From positions 8,960-72,959 of the forward strand of contig VMGD01000004.1 in NCBI GenBank assembly GCA_007376405.1: a stretch of DNA of 64,000 nt, given 5' to 3'. This DNA comes from Microgenomates group bacterium Gr01-1014_7 (lineage in GTDB: Bacteria > Patescibacteriota > Microgenomatia > Daviesbacterales > UBA10151). This document shows, piece by piece, positions 36,710 through 45,999 of the stretch (its first letter is position 1; each line of letters opens with the position of its first letter). The notes under the pieces are model-generated. The model made no database searches. It was not told where the DNA came from and was given only the letters and a program-made list of their open reading frames with translations. The translations under genes were made by a program, and so were the position numbers.

Positions 36710-38568
36710 ACTTAAAAATAGCACAAGTAATTGGACTCAATACCGATCAAAAAGCGGCTCAGGTTAGCTCAGGAGTAAGAGGAGATAATAGTTTTTTTGC
36801 GGTTTTGGATTTAACTTGTGATGATGCTTTTACCAAAGGCAGGCAGATTTTATCGCAACTTAGTGATTTTTATTTTGATTTTGAAGGCTCTCCGGCAGAA
36901 AAGTTAAGTGCCACTTTTGAAGAAGCAAAAGAGAAGTTTGCCGCTTCGCAGTATTCGCTGCTTTTGGCATCAAGTTCCGGAAAAGCGCTCTATCTAATAT
37001 TCAGCGGAGAAGTGGAAGTATATTTAAAAAGAGATGAAAAGCTGTCTTCTCTTCTTTCGGTTGGAAGCTCTTCCCAGCTTATTTCCGGATTTTTGCAGGG
37101 AGGAGACAGACTGCTTTTTTCCACCAAAAGTTTAACTGGTTTTTTAGGAGAGGATTTGGAAAAATCGCTAAATTTGCCATTGGAGGTTTTCGAACAGGAA
37201 ATCACAGATAGAATCGGAGCCTCCAATCTGGAAAATCAGGGTTTGGCTGGTTTGGTGGTAGAGATACAGGAGGAGGAAAAAGAGGAAATTCCAAGCCTGG
37301 AGCAGGAGGTATATGAGAGTACGCCAGGTGTTACCTCAGATGATAGTCCCCGAAGTAGTAAGATCATTAATTACCTGGTAACTCCTTTGGTAGTTTTTAA
37401 AAAGTTTTTCGCCATTTACTTTCCCAGAAGCGGCAAGGTCAGGCTAATTATGGCAGTGATTTTAATAGTGGTAATAGCTTTGGGGGTGGGGTTAAAAGTA
37501 AAAGCAGGCAAAGATGTGGCCAGAGATGTAACCTTTAATCAGGCGCTGCAGCAGGCAAGAGATGATTTTAGCGCTGCCAAAGGTTTATCTTCTCTTAATC
37601 CCTCAGATGCCAAAGCTAAATTAGATTCTGCCAGGCAAAATCTTGATAAAGCCTTGAGTTTAAAACCAAAAGAAGCGCAAGCTCAAGATCTTAAAAAACA
37701 AATTGAGGCTGAGTCAGGTTCGATCTTGCAGCAATCCACAGCTTCAGAGTTCCCGGTTTTTTTGGATATGGATTTAATCAAGAAAAATTTCCGGGCCAGT
37801 CAAATGAGTTTATCCGGGAATAATCTGCTTCTTTTGGACAGGTCAGTTAAAACTTTGGTGGCAGTGGATTTAACTAAAAAAAGCAATCAGATTTTAGCAG
37901 GTTCGGATCAGCTGGGGGAAGCAACACTTGCTTCATTAAACGGCGGGCTGGCCTTTGTTTTCTCAAAAGATAAAGGGGTGCTACGGGTGGATACCGGGAG
38001 CCAAAAGGTAACTTCTGTTTCCAAAGTAGACAGGGATTGGGGGGAGATTTTGGATTTGGCCGGATTTGCCGGGAATGTTTATCTGCTTGACTTGGCTAAT
38101 CCTTCGGCCACGGGTTCGGCAAGCTCACCGCAAGCGGGCTCAGGACAAATCTGGAAGTATTTACCCACCGCTGATGGATATTCCGATTCAAGGGAATATT
38201 TAAGTAAAAATACCAAGACTAATTTCGCAAACAGTCTAAGAATGCAGATTGAATCCTCAATATATATTCTGAAATCCGGGGGAGAGATTTTAAGATTTAC
38301 CAAAGGGGATAAGGATAATTTTGGTTTGGAAGGACTAGATAAGGGGGTTAAAGATCCAAAGAGTATCTTTACTTCCTCCGATACAGATAATTTGTATGTT
38401 TTGGATTCGGGCAATTCCCGGCTGTTGATTTTAACCAAAACCGGAAAATATAAAGGCCAAATTTCCGGGGAAAAATTCGCCTCAGCTTCTGATGTTGTGG
38501 TGGATGAAAAGGGGAAGAAAGTCTATTTGCTGGAAGGAAGTAAGATATATAGCGTGGACCTAAAGTAG
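36706..38568 (+). CDS. membrane protein with N-terminal PP2C-like(?) domain, central TM and C-terminal beta-propeller (NHL-like) repeats
   Basis: TM helix VRLIMAVILIVVIALGVGL. Repeated YVLDSGNSRLLIL / VYLLDLANP / KVYLLEGSKIY motifs at the C-terminus. Confidence 0.45.
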   Translation: MNLKIAQVIGLNTDQKAAQVSSGVRGDNSFFAVLDLTCDDAFTKGRQILSQLSDFYFDFEGSPAEKLSATFEEAKEKFAASQYSLLLASSSGKALYLIFSGEVEVYLKRDEKLSSLLSVGSSSQLISGFLQGGDRLLFSTKSLTGFLGEDLEKSLNLPLEVFEQEITDRIGASNLENQGLAGLVVEIQEEEKEEIPSLEQEVYESTPGVTSDDSPRSSKIINYLVTPLVVFKKFFAIYFPRSGKVRLIMAVILIVVIALGVGLKVKAGKDVARDVTFNQALQQARDDFSAAKGLSSLNPSDAKAKLDSARQNLDKALSLKPKEAQAQDLKKQIEAESGSILQQSTASEFPVFLDMDLIKKNFRASQMSLSGNNLLLLDRSVKTLVAVDLTKKSNQILAGSDQLGEATLASLNGGLAFVFSKDKGVLRVDTGSQKVTSVSKVDRDWGEILDLAGFAGNVYLLDLANPSATGSASSPQAGSGQIWKYLPTADGYSDSREYLSKNTKTNFANSLRMQIESSIYILKSGGEILRFTKGDKDNFGLEGLDKGVKDPKSIFTSSDTDNLYVLDSGNSRLLILTKTGKYKGQISGEKFASASDVVVDEKGKKVYLLEGSKIYSVDLK

Positions 38569-39009
38569 ATGCGCATTATCAACAAAAAAGCTCTTCATAA
38601 TTATCATATTCTTGAGCATCTGGAAGCAGGAATAGTTTTATCCGGAGCAGAGGTTAAATCCATAAGATCCGGAAGGATAGATCTGGGTGAAGCTTATGTG
38701 CGGATTTTAAATGGGGAAGCCCATCTTCTTAATGCCAATATTGCCAGGTTTGCCCAAAGTGCGGACACAGCCTATGATGCTACACAATCCAGAAAGTTGC
38801 TGCTGCATAAGACCCAAATTAATACTTTAATTGGTAAAACCTCAGGTAAGGGGACTACTCTGGTTCCGGTTTCTATTTATGAAAAAAATAACAGGTTTAA
38901 AGTTGAAATTGGTTTGGGAAGAAGCAAAAAAGAATTTGACAAACGCCGTGTTGTCAAAGAGCGCGATCATATCCGCCGCGTTGAACAGGAACTGCGGGGA
39001 AAGGAATAA
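38569..39009 (+). CDS. smpB: SsrA-binding protein
   Basis: ..NKKALHNYHILEHLEAGIVLSGAEVKSIRSGRIDLGEAYVRILNGEAHLLNANI..RKLLLHKTQI..KGTTLVPVSIY.. is canonical SmpB. Confidence 0.9.
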   Translation: MRIINKKALHNYHILEHLEAGIVLSGAEVKSIRSGRIDLGEAYVRILNGEAHLLNANIARFAQSADTAYDATQSRKLLLHKTQINTLIGKTSGKGTTLVPVSIYEKNNRFKVEIGLGRSKKEFDKRRVVKERDHIRRVEQELRGKE

Positions 39010-39010
39010 C

Positions 39011-39460
39011 CTACTGGCTGTTGACAGAGTCGAGCATGTATATAAAGTCCTTCTGGAAGAAGCTGGCGCCACCACGCAGAGCGATGTACGTGCTGCCGAA
39101 TAATCCTATAAGGCCTTGGTAGTCACGCTCCATGTGCACCTCGATGTGGCTCCCGCCGTCTGCGCCGGGCGCAATGTGGCATTCCCACACCCCTCCGGGG
39201 AAAAACAGGTTCGATTTCTGGATGACCGAGCGAATAACTCCTGGCTTTGACCAGTCATACCGCTCGTCGGTCCACATGGGCCCGGTGCCCTCACGCACGT
39301 ATGCGGAGGTGGGACCAAGCTCGTAGACACGGTACTGTTTGCTGCTGATGGCAGGCCAATAGTCCGGGCGTCTTTTGCCAAAGTCTGTCACGCCGGCGAG
39401 CACCTTTTTAGGGGACATACGGCTCTCAACCACAAAATCCCAAACTTTTCTGACGCGCAT
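39011..39460 (-). CDS. SRPBCC (START/Bet v1-like, polyketide cyclase-type) protein; GC-rich, probably horizontally acquired
   Basis: MRVRKVWDFVVESRMSPKKVLAGVTDFGKRRPDYWPAISS.. GC is about 57% in a ~36% background. Confidence 0.6.
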   Translation of the reverse strand: MRVRKVWDFVVESRMSPKKVLAGVTDFGKRRPDYWPAISSKQYRVYELGPTSAYVREGTGPMWTDERYDWSKPGVIRSVIQKSNLFFPGGVWECHIAPGADGGSHIEVHMERDYQGLIGLFGSTYIALRGGASFFQKDFIYMLDSVNSQ

Positions 39461-39501
39461 AGTGGGCTCCTTCTTTAAGAACTTCAGCTTATAACAACCC
39501 C

Positions 39502-39879
39502 TCATAACATGTCAATAGTCCGATGAATTCTCATTTTGCCAAAAAAGATCAGGTCAAGCAGTTTATCATCCTGAGTTAAAAACAAATCACATTCCGCATC
39601 TATCGCGCTATGAAGCTGGATATTATCTTCAAGATCAGATGTAGGACCAAGCAGTGCCTGATTAAGTATAGTTTCGGATAAACCCGCCAGCTGAAATTTA
39701 TCTCTTTGTTCATACACCTTTTTGTTGGGAATTTTTATTTTGAAGGTATAGCAGTAAATGTGGAATGAAAGTGGCGATACATAGATAACATTTCCTTCCA
39801 AATCTTCAAGAATATGCTTTTCGGGAGCTCGATGAATTGCGTCAATAAAGATGTTAGCATCAAGAAAGATCTTTGCCAT
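39502..39879 (-). CDS. vapC: PIN-domain toxin (VapC-like)
   Basis: MAKIFLDANIFIDAI.. with acidic PIN residues (D, E, TQDD). Confidence 0.7.
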   Translation of the reverse strand: MAKIFLDANIFIDAIHRAPEKHILEDLEGNVIYVSPLSFHIYCYTFKIKIPNKKVYEQRDKFQLAGLSETILNQALLGPTSDLEDNIQLHSAIDAECDLFLTQDDKLLDLIFFGKMRIHRTIDML

Positions 39880-40129
39880 ATTTTTCCATAAGATGCCTTC
39901 TGTATCTTCTCTCCCGCTCTTTATATGAAAGTTTTGGTAAATTAAGCTCCTTTGCTAACTTTTTAATTCTTGCGATACCTTCCTTTGTTAGGGGTTTAGG
40001 TTCCTGTGCAGGTTTAATTTCTCCCACAATTTTGGAACGATGGATCAGAGAAACCGAACCACCCTTTTTAAGGGTTTCAATAAGCTCGGATGATTTTGTT
40101 CTTAAGTCTGTAGTTGTTATGTAATTCAT
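39860..40129 (-). CDS. antitoxin of PIN toxin (Phd/YefM- or VapB-like)
   Basis: MNYITTTDLRTKSSELIETLKKGGSVSLIHRSKIVGEI.. Overlaps the PIN gene by 20 nt. Confidence 0.5.
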   Translation of the reverse strand: MNYITTTDLRTKSSELIETLKKGGSVSLIHRSKIVGEIKPAQEPKPLTKEGIARIKKLAKELNLPKLSYKERERRYRRHLMEKYGKDLS

Positions 40130-40130
40130 A

Positions 40131-40148
40131 TGTATATTTAAATATACA
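40131..40148. promoter_or_regulatory. 18-bp perfect palindrome operator at the antitoxin start, with a minus-strand TTGACA-N17-TATATT promoter
   Basis: TGTATATTTAAATATACA lies at the start of the antitoxin gene (start codon at 40127-40129, with ATA at 40129-40131). The minus-strand -35 TTGACA lies at 40165-40170, and the -10 overlaps the palindrome. Confidence 0.45.
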
Positions 40149-40217
40149 CTCAAATGTACACTTTGTCAAGAGTTTTGTTACTTGCTTTTGATTTTAAATA
40201 TGCTATAATACAATTCT

Positions 40218-40588
40218 GGGGATGTATAGTCTCGACAGGATTGCTCTTTAAAAACTGCAAGCCGTTAAGGAAACATGTAACGTTAAATATTGTCTCAAAA
40301 CACAAACGGCAACAGAAATGATGCACGTTTCGCATACGTCGTAGCATAAGCTATTGGTGTGGCGATATCTTGGATAATCTTTTTCAGGCCAGATTACCAG
40401 GGTAAGTACCCGGTCTGAATGCAGTTGTGATATCTAATCCATATTCGCAACAAAGAAACTTGGATTAAGTGTTAATCTTCCTGCTTTTAGGTTACAAATT
40501 AACACTCAAAAATATATAAAAGCTAAGCTTGTAGAAGTTTTTTAAGTTACAATTTTGGACGGGGGTGCAAAACCCCCCATCTCCACCC
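40218..40588 (+). ncRNA. ssrA: tmRNA (SsrA)
   Basis: The 5' end GGGGAUGUAUAGUCUCGACAGGAUUGC matches the tmRNA consensus GGGGNUG...UUCGACNGGAUU. The 3' tRNA-like end GGACGGGGGUGCAAAACCCCCCAUCUCCACC matches GGAC-Tstem-Tloop-Tstem-acceptor-ACC. The acceptor strands GGGGAUG/CAUCUCC pair with one G-U pair. A promoter TTGCTT-N16-TATAAT (40182-40209) precedes it and a terminator follows. The possible tag reading frame ends ..ARFAYVVA-stop. Confidence 0.7.
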
Positions 40589-40626
40589 ATTCGACTTTTC
40601 TTCCTCGCTCAGGGCAAGCCAAATAG

Positions 40627-40651
40627 CTCCGACGTAACGTCGGAGTTTTTT
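40627..40651 (+). terminator. rho-independent terminator after ssrA
   Basis: CTCCGACG-TAA-CGTCGGAG followed by TTTTTT. Confidence 0.65.
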
Positions 40652-40662
40652 GTTAAAATGGT

Positions 40663-41385
40663 TTGGTGAACTTAATATTGGATGTTTTATTTCCCAAAAA
40701 ATGCGTAGGTTGTGGTAAGTTTGACAGCTATTTTTGTTCCGATTGTGTTTCAAATATCAGGCAGGGGGAACTGATTTGTCCTGTTTGTGATATCCCTTCC
40801 GTTTTTGGAGAGACCCACCCCTTTTGTAAGCGGGTATTTGGCCTTGATGGTTTATGGAGTTTAGGGCTGTATCAGGGGTCTTTAAAAAAAGCCATTCAAA
40901 AACTAAAATATAAACCCGCTCTGGTCAGGGATTTTGTCCCGGTTTTGGTAAATATTATAGTTGAGTATTGGACAAAGTACCAGCCTGTTATTTTTGATGA
41001 AATATGTTTTGATCAAATAAAAAAGGATAAAGGGCAGGGGTGGGTAGTTGTACCGGTGCCTCTTTTCTGGTGGAGAGAAAATGATCGTGGTTTTAACCAG
41101 TCAAAACTTATCGGACAATTATTATCCAAAAAATTAGGTTTGGATTACTGCGAAGGTCTTAAACGCATTCGTTATACCAGGTCTCAAGCAAGACTTAAGG
41201 AAAAAGACCGGCGTAAAAATATCCGCGGTGCATTTGAAATTTCTTCCAACTATACCCTATACCCTAAACCCTATACCCTTCTTATCGACGATGTCTGGAC
41301 CACAGGTTCAACCCTTAAAGAATGCTGCTACGTTTTAAAAAGAGCTGGCGCCCAAAAAGTCTGGGCTCTAACTTTGGCTAGATAA
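40663..41385 (+). CDS. comFC: ComF-family phosphoribosyltransferase-like competence protein
   Basis: N-terminal Cys pairs (CVGCG..CSDC..CPVC). C-terminal PRTase motif LLIDDVWTTGSTL. TTG or GTG start. Confidence 0.8.
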   Translation: MVNLILDVLFPKKCVGCGKFDSYFCSDCVSNIRQGELICPVCDIPSVFGETHPFCKRVFGLDGLWSLGLYQGSLKKAIQKLKYKPALVRDFVPVLVNIIVEYWTKYQPVIFDEICFDQIKKDKGQGWVVVPVPLFWWRENDRGFNQSKLIGQLLSKKLGLDYCEGLKRIRYTRSQARLKEKDRRKNIRGAFEISSNYTLYPKPYTLLIDDVWTTGSTLKECCYVLKRAGAQKVWALTLAR

Positions 41386-41418
41386 GGACCAAGTTTTCTG
41401 GTAGAATTGAAGCCGCTT

Positions 41419-41505
41419 GGAGGAGTCGCATAGAGGCCGAGTGCCGCTTCGTGCTAAGAAGCTATACCCGTAAGGGTATCGTGGGTTCGAATCCCACCTC
41501 CTCCG
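41419..41505 (+). tRNA. tRNA-Ser (anticodon GCT)
   Basis: Acceptor GGAGGAG/CTCCTCC. Anticodon loop GTGCTAA. Long variable arm. T-arm GTGGGTTCGAATCCCAC. Confidence 0.85.
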
Positions 41506-41531
41506 CACTTCGACGCGCTCAGTGCAAGCCA

Positions 41532-41619
41532 GGAGGGGTCGCCTAGTGGCTTTATGGCGGAAGTCTTGAAAACTTCTAGGGGCTAACGCTCCTCGTGGGT
41601 CCGAATCCCACCCCCTCCG
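41532..41619 (+). tRNA. tRNA-Ser (anticodon TGA)
   Basis: Acceptor GGAGGGG/CCCCTCC. Anticodon loop CTTGAAA. Long variable arm. T-arm GTGGGTCCGAATCCCAC. Confidence 0.85.
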
Positions 41620-43027
41620 CATAGTCCCGAGTTGGCGGGTCCGCCCGTAGGGCGGACCATTGATTTAGAGCTTCACAATATACTTTTCTGTCTTTTAGTG
41701 TGCTGTTCGAGCCGAAGATTTTTAAAGCAAGTACCTTTTTCTCATCCAAGTCTTTCCCTCTTGCGATATTAGCTACGTTAGCAGCTTCCATAATCCACTC
41801 CTTCATTGGTTCGAGCCAAACATTTTGGGTTTGTTCAAAACTTATGATTTGTTCTTCCAGCGTCTTTTTTAAAGATAGTAGTTCTGACTTTTTTGTAAGG
41901 TAGGAGTCTTTATCAATTACTTCATCTAAGTAGGAATCTAAAAGACGCTGGAGCTTATCACTAATAATTTTTATCTCATCTTTTTTAGTTTGAACAAACA
42001 CCTGGCAGGATTGGGCTACCTCTTTTTCTTCTAAACATAATTTATCTAGCATTTTATCTGCCCAATCCTGTCTCAAAGAAACTGTTAATAAATTATCAGA
42101 AAGTTGTTTATCTACATCTTCTTCCCTGGTAAAAAGCTGGGTACATTTGTGAGTCTTAGACTTTTTCGTACATCTATAGTAAGTGAATCCTTTTTTAATC
42201 TCGGCTGTAATCATATAGCCACATTCACCACATTTAAAAAGTCCCATGTATGGTTTGTGTACCCTCTCTTTGGTAATAACCTTACTTCTTCTTTTAACAA
42301 CTTTCTGCACAGCATCCCACAGTTTCTTTGTAATGATTGGCGAGTGTTTTCCTTCGTGGAGCTCGCCTTTAAATCTAAAATGGCCGTAGTAAAAAGGATT
42401 AGTTAAGATTTGATAAGTTATCTGGTCAGAAGGAATTACTTTACCACCTTCACCCTTTTTAGTTCTTCTGGTGGTAATACCATGTTTAGCCAAAAAGCTA
42501 CCAATATCCATAATTCTATAGTTTCCGGTGGCAAACATCTCAAGAGCCTTTACAACAACAGGAGCTTTCTTTTTATCAACAATAATAGTCTTTCTTCTAT
42601 CACGAATGACATTAAGATAGCCTACAGGAGCCCAACTGGGAAACTCACCTCTTAGAGCTTTTTGGCGTAGTCCTCTTTTGGTATTTTCAGATAAGGAATC
42701 CACATAATATTTACTTTGCCCAAATGCGATTGTCAACATAAATTTACCTTGTGGCGTGGGATCAAACCAGAATTGGGGAAATTTAAGCAATTTTATCTTA
42801 CCAGTATCAACAAGGTAGATGATTTTACCTCCGGCTGGTTCAGCCATCGAACTACTGCCATCAACTACCAGATTGACATCAAAACCACCATAAAATTCTT
42901 CTTTTTTTCGTACAGTTTCCATCCGATTAAAACCGGTTGGGTCGAGTATTCCAGTTTTTATATCTAACCTGGCTGCTACTGGATCTTCTAGTTCTTGCCC
43001 TTGGCTCATTCTGACCAATCCTACCAT
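41576..43027 (-). CDS. large serine recombinase (integrase): catalytic domain, recombinase domain, zinc ribbon, coiled coil
   Basis: N-terminus MVGLVRMSQGQE carries the catalytic Ser in an R-x-S-x-x-Q context. ..FDVNLVVDGSSSM..FDPTPQGKFMLTIAFGQSKYYVDSLSENTKRGLRQKALRGEFPSWAPVGY aligns to the resolvase alpha-E/recombinase junction. Zinc ribbon CGECG..YYRCTKKSKTHKC. The 3' end overlaps tRNA-Ser(TGA) by 44 nt. Confidence 0.7.
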   Translation of the reverse strand: MVGLVRMSQGQELEDPVAARLDIKTGILDPTGFNRMETVRKKEEFYGGFDVNLVVDGSSSMAEPAGGKIIYLVDTGKIKLLKFPQFWFDPTPQGKFMLTIAFGQSKYYVDSLSENTKRGLRQKALRGEFPSWAPVGYLNVIRDRRKTIIVDKKKAPVVVKALEMFATGNYRIMDIGSFLAKHGITTRRTKKGEGGKVIPSDQITYQILTNPFYYGHFRFKGELHEGKHSPIITKKLWDAVQKVVKRRSKVITKERVHKPYMGLFKCGECGYMITAEIKKGFTYYRCTKKSKTHKCTQLFTREEDVDKQLSDNLLTVSLRQDWADKMLDKLCLEEKEVAQSCQVFVQTKKDEIKIISDKLQRLLDSYLDEVIDKDSYLTKKSELLSLKKTLEEQIISFEQTQNVWLEPMKEWIMEAANVANIARGKDLDEKKVLALKIFGSNSTLKDRKVYCEALNQWSALRADPPTRDYAEGVGFGPTRSVSP

Positions 43028-44977
43028 CCTATCTTCTTCTCTAATATAACTTTGAATAATCTTATCAATCTGTTCCTTAATCCTTTTAAGAATATTTCTG
43101 CCTTCACTATCTGTCATCTGATCTACTTCATCCAGCGTGTCTTTTATTTGGCGTGCTTCTTCTATGGGTAAACCTGTTTGATCTGCAAATTCCATAAGCC
43201 ATTTTTCTTCTGCAGAGAGAGATTTTTCTTGAGGTTGTCTTTCCTGGGCTTCTTTTTCAATTTGATCTAGACCATCTTCTGATAAAAGTTCTGGGGAGGT
43301 ATCTTGGAATTGTTCCATCTGATTTTCTCCCTCTAACTGTTCATCACCTGGTTGTTTGACAGGATCACCCTCAGGTGTTGGGTCAAGGATTATCCAATCA
43401 TTTGATCCTATTAACCTTACTTTGGCCCAAGCATGTGCATTGCCTGAATGAAGATGAGCAGTACCATCCTTAGATTTACCAGCTACGTAATATCCATTAA
43501 CACTTCGCCATTCCAAGTCACTAAGGTTTAATCTTTTTAATCCTGCAACAAAGAACTCGCGGGCCAGATAACAATCTGTCAGCTTACTATTAACTATTGT
43601 TTTTAATCGATTGGAGGCTTGACTATCAACATTACTGTACATACCCTCAACTTGCTCATCTTGCGGATAAACAAAGTAGTCGTGTACAAAGGTTTGCCAA
43701 ACACGTGCTTTTTCTAAGGAAGATCCAGGCAAATTTTTAATTCTCTCTATCTCACTATCAATATCTTGAGAGAGAGTTTCAACAGTCCGAGTATCTCTTG
43801 ATGTAATACCCCTTTGTGAAACGTCTCCTTTCCCAATTTCTACCTCATATGGTTGGTTAATGTCAGATTTCAAGAAGATATGACCTTCTTGATCGGCAAA
43901 AACCTCAATTCCCATCCCTTTCATATCATCTAATCCCTGTTGGGTAAGTTGATAATGAGATGTTAAAGGCAAAGCAAAAAGGTTAGTTCCGCTGTACCCG
44001 CTTATTTTTCTATGCGGATTATCTGGTTGCTCAGGTTCAATTTTAAGTTGAACTGATTGTCCCTTGATACTTTGTGTTGGTGATTTGATTAACCTACCTG
44101 TTGCTTCATCTATGAGATCAAAACTGTCGTCTTCGTGATACCCTCCTAAGTAAGGCCCAACCTTAAAAATTGGAGGGCCGCTTTCTCCTTTTTCTTCTTT
44201 ACCTCTATGTTGCTCGTATTCATTAGAAGAAGTGGGTGGAGTAGGAGGTTCCTCAGGTGGTTTAGCTTCTTGTTGATCCTGTGGTTGTTCCTGACCTGGT
44301 TGCTGTTGATCTCCCTGGCTTCTATTCGCTTCCTGATTTCTTAAAAATTCCAACCAAGGTAGAAAACGATTTTCAAACCAAACAGCCTTAGCTTCAAAAG
44401 AAAGATTAGGTGATTCTAAAGCGTCCATTGGAGACACTGACCTGCCTTCAACTTCCTCTTGCCGGGATAGACCTTGTGTCGCTCTTTGCACAATTGGTTC
44501 TACCTGGACATTAGTATTCATTTCTTGGGATAAAATATCGGCAAAAAGCTGCTCTGGTAAACTATTCCCCCGACTGCTTGCAAATTTTGCTAAAAACCCC
44601 TTCGCTAATTCTGCCCTGGCAGGATCACGTCGTTCCAGTGAATTTAAAGCGGAAAGTCGTTCAAATAGAGTCTGAAAGGTTTGTATTTGACTATCTTGTC
44701 GGCCAATACTTCGCCAATTACGGAATGCGGATACTGCTTCAGGTGAATCTAAAGATACCTGTTTTATTATACGTTCTCCTTCTAGGGCAGATGCTCCTTC
44801 TATTTCCGTGCTGGTAAAACCCCGTAATTGCAGAAAGTTTCTATTTACCTGAAGTTGCCATTTATTATCTTGCTTTACTGCTTTAAAAGGGGTAGCCGCC
44901 GAATCATCAAAAGTTACCTCAATTGGAGTAGTGGACATATATCCTTCCCGATCTATTTCTAGCATATAGCTGTCCAT
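43028..44977 (-). CDS. transglutaminase-like cysteine-protease-fold domain protein, read in-frame into the downstream integrase with no stop
   Basis: ..LTDCYLAREFFVAGLKRL..HSGNAHAWAKVRLIGSNDWIILDPTPE matches the Cys-His-Asp core of transglutaminase-like proteins, with an acidic/Gln-rich linker. The six-frame track shows one 1133-aa ORF from 44977 to 41576. Confidence 0.5.
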
Positions 44978-45099
44978 TTTAGCTCACCTTAAAAAACTGA
45001 GCAAATCTTAATCTATAAAGATTCTCAAGAAAATCTGTGCCAGCATATCCTGCAAGCAAAGATATTCTCCAATCATCTCCATCTACAATATTCCAAACA

Positions 45100-45972
45100 T
45101 CATGTAATTTGTTTTGCATTGCTTTTCCTTGGTAAGTAATTTTCTTGAGAAACGATTGAGCGTTTCAGACGCTTCTCAAGTTTTTTTCTTGCTCCTCCGG
45201 CAATATCACCTCCGGCTTTGGCATCACTTTTAAGCTTTGGCATGCCTTTTGAATCTTCATTACGATGAATTTCAGTGGTAGCTCTTTCCCCAAGCATGGT
45301 AAAAATTAGCTCAAAATCATCCATGTGATCACGTAAGTTTTGCTGTTTCAAACCTTTCAGTTTTTTATATTGGCTTGGAGTTATACCAAAAGTAGCATTG
45401 GAGATTTCAGCTGTGAGAATTTCATAATCTTTCTGCAACTCTGCTCCTCTTTTTTGCCATTCATCTGTAAGTTCCTCACGAATAGCAATACCTCTCATCC
45501 GCTTTTCAATCCAGTCATCGGGATATCCTTTGGCTTTATACAAAGCTCTGGTTCTTTTTGTTGCCAACTCCGGGTCTTCAATCTCTTGAATTCTTTCATA
45601 TCCCACTCTTGCTAACCAGCGCTTAAAAGGTTCTGCTTTGGGGGAAGGGATTGACTGGATAATTCGGAAAACCCCTTCTGTATTAGCACAGTTCATCCTC
45701 TGTTTACCACCTTGAGTTTCAACTGGAAGGGTATGGACAATTTGTCCATACCCCTTGGATAATTCATTGTCTCGACGGCGCATTTTGTTAATATAGTCTT
45801 TTGGATTTGATGAATCTGTCAAAGCAACTACCACGTCTTCTACTACAAACCACCACTCATTGTTATGAATAGTTTTGCGAATTGCTTTATTTCTAAAAAT
45901 GGCAATTTTGGTTTCCTCTGACATTATCTCAATTCTAGCACAGAATCGGCCAATTTCCACCATTTTGGCCAA
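45100..45972 (-). CDS. Bro-N domain protein (phage antirepressor/DinD-like)
   Basis: ..FRNKAIRKTIHNNEWWFVVEDVVVALTDSSNPKDYINKMRR.. matches the Bro-N domain. Confidence 0.65.
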   Translation of the reverse strand: MAKMVEIGRFCARIEIMSEETKIAIFRNKAIRKTIHNNEWWFVVEDVVVALTDSSNPKDYINKMRRRDNELSKGYGQIVHTLPVETQGGKQRMNCANTEGVFRIIQSIPSPKAEPFKRWLARVGYERIQEIEDPELATKRTRALYKAKGYPDDWIEKRMRGIAIREELTDEWQKRGAELQKDYEILTAEISNATFGITPSQYKKLKGLKQQNLRDHMDDFELIFTMLGERATTEIHRNEDSKGMPKLKSDAKAGGDIAGGARKKLEKRLKRSIVSQENYLPRKSNAKQIT

Positions 45973-45999
45973 GTTCCAGATAATCTTGAGTTGTGGCGG

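Noticed and set aside
40380-40460. Additional small hairpin RNA between the VapBC promoter and comF
   Set aside because: It is explained as internal structure (pseudoknot region) of the tmRNA gene.
40547-40753. 68-aa minus-strand ORF
   Set aside because: It overlaps the 3' end of tmRNA, its terminator and the comF start. Its GC is driven by the tmRNA.
41368-41622. 84-aa minus-strand ORF
   Set aside because: It lies entirely across the two tRNA-Ser genes. Its high GC comes from the tRNAs.
42900-42990. vWA MIDAS-like DxSxS (VVDGSSSM) suggesting a truncated vWA domain
   Set aside because: On alignment to large serine recombinases, this segment is the degenerate DRLxR region of the resolvase catalytic domain (FDVNLVV-DGSSSM..FDPTPQ). 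It is part of the integrase, not a vWA domain.
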